A DNA stretch of 64,000 bases from positions 88,662,001-88,726,000 of the forward strand of contig CM059432.1 of assembly GCA_030390025.1 (NCBI GenBank), in the 5' to 3' direction. Shown one piece after another: positions 1 to 13,134 of the stretch. Numbering within the stretch: the first letter of the stretch is position 1; the number at the start of each line of letters is the position of its first letter. The notes below the pieces were generated by a model. That model saw nothing but the letters and a program-made list of their open reading frames with translations, ran no database searches and was not told the origin of the DNA. Position numbers and translations under genes: made by a program. The stretch comes from Squalus acanthias. Lineage: Eukaryota.

Positions 1-1152
1 TCTGCATGGTGTGCGCAGAGCTCTGCGCAATGTTGGAAACAGACTCCTCCACGCTCCTTACCATTGCCCAGACGCTCTTGGGCACCCTTGCCATTGCACC
101 TATCATCTTGACCATCACCCTTCTTGTGAACGCCTCCCTATCAAGGTCCTCATCTGAGTCCTGTGCAGCAGAACTCGCGCACGAACTCGCCCTCCGGGGA
201 GCTGGCTCCTGAGCTACTCTTTCCATCTGTCCTTGCTGCAGCCCACTCATCCCTGGTGCATCACCCAGTGCAGACCCCTCTACTAAACTTGCCTCTAAAG
301 ATCGCGTAATGCCAGTATCTGAGCTGGTGCCTGCGGGTGAGAGATGCAGTGATGCGGTGCTTTGCTCCTCCTCCTCTTCTTCCTCATTCTCAGTGGGGGC
401 TCAGGGATAGTCTGGTCATCTGGTTGCTGATTATCTGAAAGCATAAAGGCACAAGACCCGCGTTAAGGTGAGGGCAAGGGAGCAGGAATGCAGCAAGGAA
501 TGCAGACATTCTCAGGAGGTGGAAAGTGAGAAAGGTTTGTGGTGTGAGGGGGAAGTGGGATGAGAGAAGGAGAGGGGCTGAAGATACCGTTTTTGCCCCC
601 AACGGGGTTGACGGGGTTGACGTTGCCGACAGACACGGCGCATCACCCCCGCCTGTTCTCTGCTGCTCCCTCCTATCTTGGCCTGCAAGAGAAACAAATG
701 TGTTTGAGTCAGAGTCCAGCTGTGTGTTTGGGAGATATGCCTGCCGTCGTTGAATAGCTGTGATTGTAGGCAAGGCGTGAGATGTGGATGTGAGTTTGAG
801 TAGGTGAAGATGTTTGGTGGGTGAGTGGTGGGGGTGTGGTTGTTTGCGCAGTGTGCACAGACTGAGGTTCAGATGCTGGTGTGTAGGAGCTGGTGAAGCA
901 TGTACTCACCTTGACCACCCGACTGAGGTTGTTGAATTTCTTGCGGCACTGTGTCAGGCTGTGTTCCACCACACTACTGGCTGAGACCTCCTGGGCCACT
1001 TCCCTCCACATTGCCCTGAACACCTGAGGCAATGGCCTCCTTCCAGTGGCCGGGGACAGCACTGCCCTCCTTCGCTCCACTCCAGCCACCAATACCTCCA
1101 ATGCCACGTCTGTGAACCGACGAGCTCTCTCCCTGGGAGTGGGAACAGCCAT
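1..1152 (-). pseudogene. Harbinger Myb/SANT-like partner gene, degenerate (exons ~1152-910, 682-588, 434-<1)
   Basis: Translation RERARRFTDVALEVLVAGVERRRAVL...WREVAQEVSA...QCRKKFNNLSRVVK followed by a GTGAGT donor. Exon 2 begins AKI after TTGCAG but is 95 nt versus 163 nt in sister copies. Confidence 0.8.
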
Positions 1153-1490
1153 AGCCATCAGGGGATTCACTTGCTCGCAGATTGCCTCAAAGCCAGCAAT
1201 GCTGAAAATGAGCATCTGCCCAATGATGCAACCTCCCCTTTAAGAGCTGGAAGGAACCAATGTGAAGAATCATTGCTGAATGCATTGCACCTGAAATTCA
1301 TTAGCGTTCTGCTGGTAGCACCCCTGTAGTGCCCCACTGAGGTCATTAGCGCTTGATTTAGCGCCCCACTTCCTTCCTGGGGCGCTAACACCCAATTTAG
1401 TAGAAGTTCAGAATCCTTAGCGCCTGGCACTAAATTTTCAAAATTTCAAGAGTTAGCGCCTCAAATGGGGCGATACCCAATTTCGCCCCC
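1..1490 (-). mobile_element. Harbinger transposon copy A (family 1), Myb-gene end; remainder lies outside the window
   Basis: Terminal AATTTCGCCCCC at 1479-1490 (reverse complement GGGGGCGAAATT) resembles TIRs of copies at 49092 and 54586. Clustered TTAGCGCC subterminal motifs at 1346-1460. Myb-like ORF on the - strand. Confidence 0.85.
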
Positions 1491-2729
1491 AAGATGTTTA
1501 GACTGCTTACCTGAGAGAATATCTAAGGTAGACCCAAAACTCTTAACAGTGACATTCTCAACACAAAATTAGCAAAGGCTCTACTCCTTCCCTAAACCAA
1601 AAATGTTTGCCAACCGCTGGAAATGGCGCTCCTTAACGGCTCAAAAGCTGTGCAGAAGCAAAATGTGCTGCATTAGTAATGTGTAACACCACCTATTGCA
1701 GGTAAATACACAACCAAAGCTGAACTGTGTTGCACCTTATATTTAGCATTCTTGTCATGCAAAAGATCATGTTGTACAGATGCCAAACATTCGGCATAAA
1801 TCAGTGCCTAGAAAGCTCTTTACTGCTGAATAAACAGAAACTTCATATGCATTGCAAGAGATAATTGACTTAAAATGAAGTCAACAGTAATTTAATTTGA
1901 TGTACCTGTATGCAAACATATGCTTTGCCAAAATTGATATGCTAAAGTAATTTGATCCATGTTGCTGGGTCGTCTTGGTTACGTCAAATTATCCCCGCAT
2001 GTAAATGTGTCAGTGTGAGATAAATCATCATTTAACACAACAAAATGCTACAGCTATCACTTTAAGAGTTAATGTCTTCCCAGTATAATACAGAATATAT
2101 GAGAATAAGATACAGGTAGAAATTCAGATTTAAAAAATCCTTTGTTGTGGTGTCATATTATAGCCTTTTGTATTCACAAGTAACGTTTGAAGTGTCAGTA
2201 TTCTTGAGATTCTCTCATCTTATAATTTTAGGCTTTGATGTGAAGTAGAGACTACAGCTGCAAAGCATAGTCACAGCTGAGAGCAAATCACATGGAAAAA
2301 GACTTAACAAACTGTTTAATCGAACACTCTATAAAATGGCTGTGTGAATGATACAATTGCATTTGCATAACTTTGAAAAATTTATATAGACACAATTAAA
2401 ATAATTAAAATCATTGCTGTGTCAGCTGCATGATGCCACATGGCACAGCAAGTGCATCCATATGTAACGCTGCATATTCAAATTCTTTTATTAAGCAGCA
2501 TGCTTGAGTTTTTTTTAAGTAATTATTACTTTATACTCATTTAAGGATTTTCTCTACACTTCCATTGCTTCTGTTGGCTGCTTGGTGTGTAATCAGCCAA
2601 CACAAGGTGTGATTCAAGTGGGCTGAATGAAACATTTCCAGATTTTCTTCCCTCATGGATAATACAAAGACACCCCACTTAATTAGAACTCGTCTCTAGT
2701 TGGGTTTTTAAAGTCCTGAATTTCCCGCA

Positions 2730-4375
2730 TGATTTTCCATCCAATTTCCCCATCGCAGTCCCATGATTGCCGATATCATTAACCTGTCCCCATCCACCGG
2801 CACAATCCCTATATTCTTCCAATCCAGCACCATCACAAGTTTCTACACAAATCCAATTCAGTCCTTCTACTCTCTCAAACTGCTACCCATCTCCAACCTT
2901 GCCTTTTCCTATAAAGTCTTGAAACAGGCTGCCTCACAATTATGCTCCCATCTCTTGCACCGCTGCCTGTTTCGGACTCTCGTTTAGGCTTCCTGCCTGC
3001 CCATGGCACAGACACTGAACTGGAACAAAGTTACAAGCAACACCATGTGCGACTAGACTATGGCTTACTGTTACTCCCCAAGCTTCCTGACCTTGCCACT
3101 GCCTTCAATTCCATCAATCACTGCATCTTCTTAACATATTTCTCCTCCACCATCCATCACTGTGGCACTGCTCTCTCACTCCTACCTGTCATGATGCATA
3201 CATTACATCACCTCCTGTGCAATCTGGTGCATCACAGTCTCCATCCTTAGTCCCCTCATCTTCATTGTTTACATGTAACCACTTGGCAACATGACCCAGA
3301 ATCACAAAGCTATTTCTACGTGTATGCCCATTTCCTCTCCACCAACCCCAAGGCTGCTTATGCTCCCTTCAACTAATCTGATATTAAGACTTGGAGGACC
3401 TGAAACTTCCTTCAGCTAAATGTCACCAAAATCAATGCCCTCCTCTTCATGTCCTGGCCTTCACTTTACCAATCTCCTATGCTGCTTTCTCAGGCTAAGC
3501 CCAGAGGTGCAGAACCTTGGCACACTGTTCAATCCTGAGCTCAGCTTCCTTCTCCACATCCAACCCGTTATCAAGACCGCTTTCTTTCACCTTTGAAATA
3601 TCGGCCGGCTCCACCCTTAACTTTCCTCCATAGTGCCGAAACTTTAATTGAAGCCTTTACACCTTGAAGTTCAATTTCTCCAATGCTTTCCTGTCTGCCT
3701 TCTCATTTCCACCCTCCACAAACTATATCTTATCCAGAAAATCATGGCTTGCCTCCTTATCTGCAGAACTCTTGATCATCCTGTCCCTTGTTAAACTTCC
3801 TTGGCTCCCATGCCTAAGTAAATTGATTTGGAGATCCTTGTCCTCACCTTGAAATCCATCCAATGCATTTCTCCACCCTGTTCAATGATCTCCTTCAGCC
3901 ATACACATGCTCTCCACTCCTCCAACACTGGCTCACACCATGTCCCCACTTCACCACTGATGGCTGCTCTTTAGCCAATATCTTGTGCCATCTGGAACTC
4001 CTTCCCTCAACACCTCTACCTTGTCACCAATGTTCCCTTTAAGCTGCATGGCCATGCAGCGCTCTGGAGCGCCCTCGCAGCCGACTTACCAGCTTTTAAA
4101 TGGGAAAACCCGCGTGTACGCAGTATATTGAATGGGCCGTGCAACCCCTTAAAGGGGCCATGCATCCCCAAAAAATTAAAGGGAAGATTGCTTGTCAGTT
4201 GCCACCTCCCTCCCTGCCTTTAAAAGCCTCCTAAAAGCCCTTCTAACCTTCCTCAGCTTCTCCTTTCCTTTTCTCCCTCTCAACTCTGTGCTCTGTCCAC
4301 TGCCTAGCAAAGTGTTCAGAGACATCTTCCTTTATGTGACGAGAGCTATAGAAATGTACATTATTGTTGTAAAGA
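2730..4375 (+). mobile_element. L2-like LINE, degenerate RT and 3' end
   Basis: Fragmentary peptides PISNLAFSYKVLKQ, DLATAFNSINHCIFL and SLPAFKSLLK, in the order of an L2-type RT; C/T-rich coding strand; many stops. Confidence 0.7.
4028..4190. mobile_element. 163-bp hAT-type MITE inserted in the L2 tail
   Basis: TIR CAATGTTCCCTTTAA / CAATCTTCCCTTTAA (14 of 15). 8-bp TSD CTTGTCAC (4020-4027) / CTTGTCAG (4191-4198). Confidence 0.75.
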
Positions 4376-4659
4376 CATTCTAGTCGATTTAATATAAGTC
4401 TCCATTTAAAGTTCCTGATCTATACAAAAGGAACAGATTGCATAGTTTGTCCGAAATAGTAAATTTTATGAAAGAGCGCACCTGCTGTGGAGGCTCGCCC
4501 ACCGGAAGCACATAACAGGAAATTGTGGGCAATGAAAATCGGACAGTCATATAACAGATGGCTGCTCCACCTGGATGGTCAGTTGAAAATCTACCACATA
4601 GATTTATGGGAAAAAAGATAGCACAGCACCACCTATTGACACGACAGGTAATAATATTA

Positions 4660-5163
4660 CCAGCCAGGGGCATTCAGCCTCGGATCTGCGGGTAAGCGTT
4701 CTCCAAGGCGGCCTTCGAGATACACGACAGCGCAAAATCATAGAGCAGAAACTGATAGCCAAGTTCCGCACTCATGAGGATGGCCTCAATCGCGATATCG
4801 GGTTCATGTCACGATACAGAACGTGACTTGACATCATGGCCGGTCTTCCCAGGTGTTTTTTTTTTTTTAAAAAAACACAAGAACACAAATTGACAGGATA
4901 TGCAGCCAGCAGGTGGTTTGACATGCTGGACCCCCTGGGACACATCTCATTGTCTTGGCTGTGCTCTTTGTTGTAGCGAATAATGTGAATAGATTTTGTC
5001 TGGGTTTAAATTGTGAATTCTGGGAGATTCTCTCATTGCTAACTTACCTGACGAAGGAGCGATAGCTCCGAAAGCTTGTAAAATTAAATAAATCTGTTGG
5101 ACCTGGTGTTGTGCGACTTCTCATTTTTGTCCACCCCAGTCCAACGCCGGCATCTCCACATCA
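4660..5163 (+). mobile_element. Penelope-like element (family P1), 5'-truncated: GIY-YIG C-terminus plus pseudo-LTR
   Basis: Encodes HSASDLRVSVLQGGLRDTRQRKIIEQKLIAKFRTHEDGLNRD. 3' region matches 53350-53474 including the hammerhead and tail. Confidence 0.85.
5044..5081 (+). ncRNA. Minimal type I hammerhead ribozyme in Penelope pLTR
   Basis: TTAC-CTGACGA-A-GGAGC(GATA)GCTCC-GAAA-GC-TT-GTAA: catalytic core, 5-bp stem II, 4-bp stem I (TTAC/GTAA), palindromic AAGCTT in place of stem III. Confidence 0.8.
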
Positions 5164-5579
5164 TGAATAATATACATGTCAGTGTTGTCATTTAACATTG
5201 AAATTCCCATCACAGCACCACCTAGTGTATAAAAAGTGTCTTACCTATTGACATTAGCATTTCCATAAGAAATGTTTACATAGCAGGTTCGAATGGAGCA
5301 CATGGTCTACGTAACAAAAATATTTTATTATAGATATAAAACCAGTGAATTTTCTGTGGCAATGCTCGCCGTTAGTCAGGGAAGGAAAGGCCAGGGAGTG
5401 GGTGAAGAGCAAGACAGGTGGTGGCAACTGGGTTTAGGAGAGGAAGGGAGCGAGGCAGGCAGTGAAAGTGATGGGCAGGAGAGGGTGCTAAAACATGTCG
5501 AGAGAGTTCACAGCACTACCGTGAGAGTGAATAAGATGTAAGATGAGGTATTGGGACATTACAGAGTTACCAACTCAAA

Positions 5580-8500
5580 GGTCTGAATTTTAATAGTTTG
5601 GCGGGTTGGGAGCGGGGGTGGGGCGGGATCAGAAGTGGTCGGGAAATCCGGGAGAACGGGTTTCCAACAGGCTCTGTAAAATTTAATGGCAGGACCTGAT
5701 TTGCATTGGAAATCTCTGTTTCTCACCTACAGCCACAGATTGATAAGCTGTCTGGCTGCATGTGGGTAGGCCTGGGCACTAGGCCTCAGGGAGGAGGGAG
5801 GGAGCGTTCATGAGGGGGCGGGGGGGGGGGTCGGGGGGGCCGGAGGAGCACGGGGGTGGGGGGTACCCAGAGGAGCAGGGGGGTCCAGACCGATTGGAGG
5901 GACGGAGGAGTGTGAGGGCGGTCGGGACTGATTGGAGGGCTGGAGGAGTGTGAGGGGGGTCGGGACTGATTGGAGGGTCGGAGTGTGAGGGGGGGTTGGG
6001 ACTGATTGGGGGGCTGGAGGAGTGTGAGGGGGGTCGGGACTGATTGGAGGGCTGGAGGAGTGTGAGGGGGGTCGGAACAGATTGGAGGGTCGGAGGAGTG
6101 TGAGGGGATCGGGACTGATTGGAGGGTCGGAGGAGTGTGAGGGGTGTCGGGACTGATTGGAGGGCTGGAGGAGTGTGAGGGGGGTCGGGACTGATTGAAG
6201 GGCTGGAGGAGTGTGAGGGGGGTCGGGACTGATTGGGGGGCTGGAGGAGTGTGGGGGTGTTGGGACTGATTGGAAGGTCGGAGGAGTGTGAGGGGTGTCA
6301 GGACTGATTTGAGGGCTGGAGGAGTGTGAGGGGGGTCGGGACTGATTGGAGGGTCGGAGTGTGAGGGGTGTCGGGACTGATTGGGGGGCTGGAGGAGTGT
6401 GAGGGGGGGTCGGGACTGATTGGAGGGTCGGAGGAGTGTGAGGGGGGTCAGGACTGATTTGAGGGCTGGAGGAGTGTGGGGGTGTTGGGACTGATTGGAA
6501 GGTCGGAGGAGTGTGAGGGGGGTCGGGACTGATTGGATGGTCGGAGGAGTGTGAGGGGGGTCAGGACTGATTGGAGGGTCGGAGGAGTGTGAGGGGGGTC
6601 GGGACTGATTGGAGGGTCGGAGGAGTGTGAGGGGGGTCAGGACTGATTGGAGGGTCGGAGGAGTGTGAGGGGGGTCCGGACTGATTGGAGGGTCGCAGGA
6701 GTGTGAGGGGGGTCGGGACTGATTGGAGGGTCGGAGGAGTGTGAGGGGGGTCAGGACTGATTGGAGGGTCGGAGGAGTGTGAGGGGTGTCTGGACTGATT
6801 GGAGGGCTGGAGGAGTGTGAGGGGGGTCGGGACTGATTGGAGGGTCGGAGGAGTGTGAGGGGGATCGGGACTGATTGGAGGGTCGGAGGAGTGTGAGGGG
6901 TGTCCGGACTGATTGGAGGGCTGGAGGAGTGTGAGGGGGGTCGGGACTGATTGGAGGGTCGGGGGAGTGTGAGGGGGGTCAGGACTGATTGGAGGGTCGG
7001 AGGAGTGTGAGGGGGGTCGGGACTGATTGGAGGGTCAGAGTGTGAGGGGGGTCGGGACTGATTGGAGGGTCGGAGGAGTGTGAGGGGGTTCAGGACTGAT
7101 TGGAGGGTCGGAGGAGTGTGAGTGGGGTCAGGACTGATTGGAGGGTCGGAGGAGTGTGAGGGGTGTCCGGACTGATTGGAGGGTCGGAGTGTGAGGAGGG
7201 TCGGGACTGATTGGAGGGTCGCAGGAGTGTGAGGGGGGGTCGGGACTGATTGGAGGGTCGGAGGAGTGTGAGGGGGGTCAGGACTGATTGGAGGGCTGGA
7301 GGAGTGTGAGGGGGGTCAGGACTGATTGGAGGGTCGGAGGAGTGTGAGGGGGGTCGGGACTGATTGGAGGGTCGGAGGAGTGTGAGGGGTGTCGGGACTG
7401 ATTGGAGGGCTGGAGGAGTGTGAGGGGGGTCGGGACTGATTGGAGGGTCGGAGGAGTGTGAGGGGGTCGGGACTGATTGGGGGGCTGGAGGAGTGTGGGG
7501 GTGTCGGGACTGATTGGAGGGTCGGAGGAGTGGGAGGGGGGTCAGGACTGATTGGGGGGTCGGAGGAGTGTGAGGGGGGTCGGGACTGATTGGAGGGTCG
7601 GAGGAGTGTAGTGGGGTTCGGGACTGATTGGAGGGTCGGAGGAGTGCGAGGGGGGTCGATACTGATTGGCGGGTCGGAGGAGTGTAGTGGGGTTCGGGAC
7701 TGATTGGAGGGTCGGAGGAGTGTGAGGGGGGTCGGGACTGATTGGGGGGCTGGAGGAGTGTGGGGGGGGGTCGGGAATGATTGGGGGGCTGGAGGAGTGT
7801 GAGGGGGGTCGGGACTGATTGGAGGGTTGGAGGAGTGTGAGGGGGCTCGGGTCTGATTGGAGGGCTGGAGGAGTGTGAGGGGGGCTCGGGACTGATTGGA
7901 GGGCTGGAGGAGTGTGAGGGGGTTCAGGACTGATTCGAGGGTCGGAGTGGGAAGGGGGTCGGGACTGATTGGAGGGACGGAGTGTGAGGGGGGTCGGGAC
8001 TGATTGGAGGGCTGGAGGAGTGTGAGGGGGGTCGGGATTGATTGGAGGGTCGGACGAGTGTGAGGGGGGTCGGGATTGATTGGAGGGTCGGAGGAGTGTG
8101 AGGGGGTCGGGACAGATTGGAGGGTCGGAGGAGTGTGAGTGGGGTCGGGATTGATTGGAGGGTCGGAGGAGTGTGAGGGGGCTCGGGACTGATTTGGGGC
8201 TGGAGGAGTGGGAGGGGGTTCAGGACTGACTTGAGGGTCGGAGTGGGAAGGGAGTCGGGACTGAATGGATGGTCAGAGGACTGTGAGGGGGGTCGGGACT
8301 GATTGGGGGGTCGGAGGAGTGTGAGGGGTTCGGGACTGATTGGTGGGTCGGAGGAGTGTGAGGGGTTCGGGACTGAATGGATGGTCAGTGGACTGTGAGG
8401 GGGGTCGGGAATGATTGGAGGTTCGGTGGAGTGTAAGGGGGTCGGGACTGATTGGAGGGACAGCGGAGTGTGAGTGGGGTCGGGACCGATTGGGTTCAGA

Positions 8501-8830
8501 GCAGCAGATCGCAGGCTGGAGGAGCAGATCCTGGGCCGGTAAAGCAGGGGGAGGACCAGAGCAGATCGGGGGCCAGAGGAGCAGGTCGGGGGCCAGAAGG
8601 AGGAGTGGGGGTGGGGCGCTTTTCGGAGCTTCATCGGAGGGCGAAGAGGAGTGGGGGGGAGCGGTGGAGGAGGGAGTCAGATGACATTGGATAGCCGGAG
8701 GAGCATGGTGGGGGCGGGGGGGAGGCCTCGTTGGGAGTGGGGATTGGAGACCTGGGGGTGGATCAGAGGCCTGGAGGGAATCGGAGGCCTCGTGGCGGGG
8801 GGTTCTCTGATCACAGAGGGTGGGTTAGGC
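5580..8830. mobile_element. Harbinger-MITE-like element (left TIR only) carrying an expanded minisatellite
   Basis: Begins GGTCTGAATTTT followed by GGCGGG subterminal motifs as in copies D/G. No right TIR found. Confidence 0.5.
5890..8480 (+). repeat. G-rich minisatellite, ~38-bp unit, roughly 65-70 copies
   Basis: Unit GGAGGAGTGTGAGGGGGGTCGGGACTGATTGGAGGGTC tandemly repeated with variants; degenerate at both edges. Confidence 0.95.
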
Positions 8831-8899
8831 ACGGTTCCTGAATGCAATAGAACATAGTGAAGATACAGGTGGTGGTGCAAATGTTGAATCCATTTGGTT

Positions 8900-9768
8900 A
8901 GACTGAAGGAATAAGAAGATAATATTTATTGTACTGGAATAAACTATCGACCACTGAACAGAAATGGCATAGAGGAAAAGATAGGTAAAAAAAATTGAAT
9001 ACAAAAGCAGGAGTAGCAGGACTTTAATAAAGGGTGACTTTAATTATCAAAATGTAGACTGGGGTAAGAGCAGTGTAACTGGAAAAGAAGGGAAGCAATT
9101 TATACAATGTGCTTGGGTCTGGTTTCTAGAACAGCTTTCTTCCAACAAGGAATGAGGCAGTGCTGGAGCTAGTTCTAGGAATTGACGATGGATAAGTAAG
9201 TAATGTAAGGGTAGAGGAATATCTAGGGAACAGTGACTATAACATAATTAGACTTGATATGAAAATTAAAAAAGACACAGAACAGTCAAAGATAAAAGTA
9301 CTTGACCAGAAAAAATGCCAATTTCAATTAGATAAAAAAGAAAACAGCCCAGATAAACTGGAAAGATATATTGGCAGATAAGACCATGCACAATCAATGG
9401 GAAATGTTTCAACAAGAGATGGTTAGGGTACAGACTCGACACAATTTGACAAGAAGTTAAGGTGATGCAGCAAAAGCTGGATTTTTTTGGATGAGTGGAT
9501 GAATTCACATTAAATGAGATTTAAAGAGAAGCATATGACAAAGCTAGGGCTAATAAGAAAGTCAAGCTGACTATAGAAAATATAGAGAGGAAGTGTAAAG
9601 AAAATTGAAAGGTTAAGATGAGGTATGCGAAAGAATAGCAGGTAACAAAGAGAGAAATAATAAAGGATTTTATAAATATCTAAAATGTAAAAGAGTAGTT
9701 AAAGAAAGGGCAAGACCAATTAAGGATGTGAAGGGAATCTTCTTATGGAAGGTGAAGCCTTGAGAGTT
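8900..9768 (+). mobile_element. Old CR1 LINE fragment (endonuclease end/linker)
   Basis: GDFNY..VDW (9032-9062) and EEYLGNSDYNII motifs; many stops. Confidence 0.65.
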
Positions 9769-11573
9769 TTAGAAACCAGCAAAGGATGAGCAAAAAAATG
9801 ATAAAGAGGGAGAAAATAGAATATGAGAGTAAACTAGCAAGAAATATAAAAACAGATTGTAAGCACTTCTGCAAGTATGTAAAAAGCAAGAGAGTAATGA
9901 AAGTAATGTTCTTAAGTTCTTGAATGTGGGTCCCTTAGAGGCTGAGACAGAAGCAATTATAATGGGGAATAAGGAAATGACAGAGACATTACACAGATAT
10001 TTTGTATCTGTCTTCACAGTAGAAGACACAAAAAACATGCCAGAAATAGTGTGGAACCAAGGGTCTAATGAGAGTGAGGAACTTAAAGTAATTAATATCA
10101 GTAAAGAATAAGTAATGAAGAAATTAATGGGACTATAAGCCAACAAATCCCCTGGACCTGATGGCTTACATCTTAGGGTTCTAAAAGAGGTGGCTGCAGA
10201 GATAGTGGATGCATTGGTTGTGATCTTCCAAAATTCCCTAGATTCTCGAATGGTCCCAGTGGATTGAAAGGTGGAAAATGTAACACCGCTATTCAAGAAA
10301 GGAGGGAGAGCGAAAACAGGGAACTACAGATCAGTTAGCCTGACATCAGTCATCAGGAAAATGTTGGAATCCATTATTAAGGAAGTGGTAACAGGGCACT
10401 TAAAAAATCATAATATGATTAGGCAGAGTCAACGTGATTTTATGAAAGGAAAATCGTGCTTGACAAATCTATTAATGGCCCAGAAATTCGTCCGAATACG
10501 GGAGAGTACGCACTGTGTACTCTCGCGTATTCAGTCCCGAAGTGCCGGTTTCCTGCATGCACTGCGCATGCGCGGGAAACCGGCACTTCCGATATTGCGA
10601 AGGGGGCGGTTCCTAAGTGAACCGCGTGCGCACTACAGGCTGTGCGCACGCAGCACACTTAGTTTTTTTTTCAGGTTTGAACGCGCAGGTAAGTGTTGAA
10701 GATTTTACACATGAAGAAAGGAGGCGTAAGACCCCCTTTTAACAAGGTAAGTAGTTAATTAAGTATTATTTTAAATTTTTTTCAACAGGTTTGTCTTTTT
10801 TAGAGACTTTAAAGAAAGGTAAGTTTATTTTTATAACTTTTAAAAAGAATTTAAATTTTTGTTTAAAGTGGTTAATTTATTTAACTATAGTTATTTTATT
10901 AATGTGATGGTTTTTAAAAAAATTTAATTGAGGTTTAGCTGTTCTTTTGGGGGCAAGTTGTATTCATAGCTTTGACAGCTCTTCCTGTCAAAACTATGAA
11001 TGAAAGATGGTGTGCTGCCATTGGCTCTAACTGGCCCACGTGATCCCAGAGGTCGCATCGCACTAACTGCGCCCCTGGGACACGCACACACTGCGCGCCG
11101 GCACCAGGGAGAGGCCCAGGAACTGAAGTTCGTGTGGGCCCGAAACATAAAGGCAGGCGCGGAGTGCGATATCACGGGGGATCCTTACCCCCGCGGCAAC
11201 CATCGAAGTCCAATTTCTGGGCCAATGTTTTTGAGGATATAACTAGCAGGGTAAATAAGAGAAACCAGTGAATGTAGTATATTTGGATTTTCAAAAGGCA
11301 TTCGATAAGGTGCCACATGAAAGGTTGTTACACAAGATGAGGGTTCATGGGATTGGGGGTAATATATTAGCACAGATAGAGGATTGGTTGCTGGACAGAA
11401 AGCAGAGAGTAGGGATAAACAAATTATTTTCAGGTTGGCAGGCTGTTACTAGTGGAGTGTTGCAAGGATCAGTGCTGGGGCCTCAGCTAATTACAATCCA
11501 TATAAATGACTTAGATGAAGGTTTGCTGATGATACAAAGCTAGGTGGGAGGTAAGCTCTCAGGAGGGCACAAA
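9769..11573 (+). mobile_element. CR1 LINE ORF2 fragment, interrupted by a MITE at 10477-11223
   Basis: Peptides [47 protein letters not shown] and [10 protein letters not shown]; homologous to 29296-31524. Confidence 0.9.
10477..11223. mobile_element. 747-bp Harbinger-type MITE (family M1, copy 1)
   Basis: Perfect 12-bp TIR GGCCCAGAAATT. TSD AAT (10474-76 / 11224-26). Splits the CR1 RT at KSCLTNLL|FFED. Confidence 0.9.
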
Positions 11574-13130
11574 GGACAGAGTTTTCCCCGAAAAAAAGAT
11601 CGGTTTGGAGTGTGGGGGCAATTACATTTTAAAAAATGGGCTTCCCAAACAAATTCCGCCCCTCAACCCGCCCACTTCCGATTTTAACTGAGACAGGATG
11701 GGGACGAGGAGGGGGACGGGGAGGGGGGTAGGCGACCAACCTGCTGCCAGGGTTCGGAACGTCAATTTAAATATTATAATGAGACTGGAAGCCTCTTTTT
11801 TAACGTCCATTTTGAATTTAACTGCATGTGGACGGGTTTCACACAATTCGTGAAACCCATCAGTTAAGTGAGGCAGGGACTCTTGCATCCAGGAGGTAGG
11901 TGACTTTATACCTACCTCCTGGATCTAGGGTCCCTCCCTAACCCACCCGCCGCAATCAGAGACCTCACCACGAGGCCTCTGCTCGCCTTCCTAGGTCTCC
12001 GGTCCCTGTCATGAGGCATCCCCTCCCACCCAACCAGTCCAGATCCTCTCTCTCCCCTCTACCGATCTCCGGCCTATACCCCCGCCGATCCCTAATCCCA
12101 GGCCGACCTACCCCTCCCTGCCGAACTTTTGCCGACCCCCCCACCCCGCCGAACCACGATCCTCCGGCCAACCACCCCCCACCCCAACGATCCCCGATCC
12201 TCCGACCCCCCCCACAATCCCCGATCCTCCAGCCCCCCCACAGTCCCCGATCCTCCGACCCCCCCACAATCCCTGATCCTCCGACCCCCCCCCACAATCC
12301 CCGATCCTCCGACCCCCCCACAATCCCCGATCCTCCGACCCCCCCACAATCCCCGATCCTCCGACCCCCCCCACAATCCCTGATCCTCCGACCCCCCCCA
12401 CAATCCCCGATCCTCCGACCCCCCCACAATCCCCGATCCTCCGACCCCCCCCCACAATCCCCGATCCTCCGACCCCCCACAATCCCCGATCCTCCGAACC
12501 CCCCCCCCACAATCCTCGATCCTCCGACCCCCCCCACAATCCCCGATCCTCCAACCCCCCCCACAATCCCCGATCCTCCGAACCCCCCACAATCCCCGAT
12601 CCTCCGACCCCCCCCACAATCCCCGATCCTCCGAACCCCCCACAATCCCCGATCCTCCGACCCCCCCCACAATCCCTGATCCTCCGACCCCCCCCCCACA
12701 ATCCCCGATCCTCCGAACCCCCCACAATCCCCGATCCTCCGACCCCCCCCACAATCCCCGATCCTCCGAACCCCCCACAATCCCCGATCCTCCGACCCCC
12801 CCACAATCCCCGATCCTCCGACCCCCCCCACAATCCTTGATCCTCCGACCCCCCCCCACAATCCCCGATCCTCCGACCCCCCCACAATCCCCGATCCTCC
12901 GACCCCCCCCCACAATCCCCGATCCCCAGCCGCCCCCCTGATTCTCGACGGACTCCCCCACACAATCCCTGTGCCCTCCACGATCCCTGACGACACCCCC
13001 TATCCTTCCCCAGACCGAAACCTCGCTCCCTCTCTGCAGCTGCAGGCCTACCCACCCGCAGCCAGCCAGCCTCTCAATCTGGCTGGCTGTGGGCGGGAAA
13101 CCGAGGCCTCATGTGCAAATCAGGCCCTGC
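11574..13130. mobile_element. MITE-like insertion in CR1 (left TIR only) carrying a minisatellite
   Basis: Starts GGACAGAGTTTT where CR1 homology stops; CCCGCC motifs; a CR1 3' tail resumes at ~13135. Confidence 0.5.
12190..12925 (+). repeat. C-rich minisatellite, 26-29 bp unit, roughly 27 copies
   Basis: Unit TCCTCCGA-C(n)-ACAATCCCCGA with variable C-run length. Confidence 0.95.
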
Positions 13131-13134
13131 CTGA

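Noticed and set aside
1505..1705. Unique sequence with splice-like signals on both strands as a host coding exon
   Set aside because: The - strand frames I translated from candidate acceptors contain stops; a non-coding exon or conserved element cannot be excluded.
5890..8480. Regular ~38-bp periodicity as a CRISPR array
   Set aside because: Units are contiguous with no unique spacers, and there are no cas genes; eukaryotic minisatellite.
7924..8880. Pro/Gly-rich ORFs up to 236 aa
   Set aside because: Stop-free translations of the minisatellite and its G-rich flank.
11965..13055. Several 220-340 aa ORFs on both strands
   Set aside because: All frames are open because the repeat unit lacks stops; C-run length varies without regard to frame.
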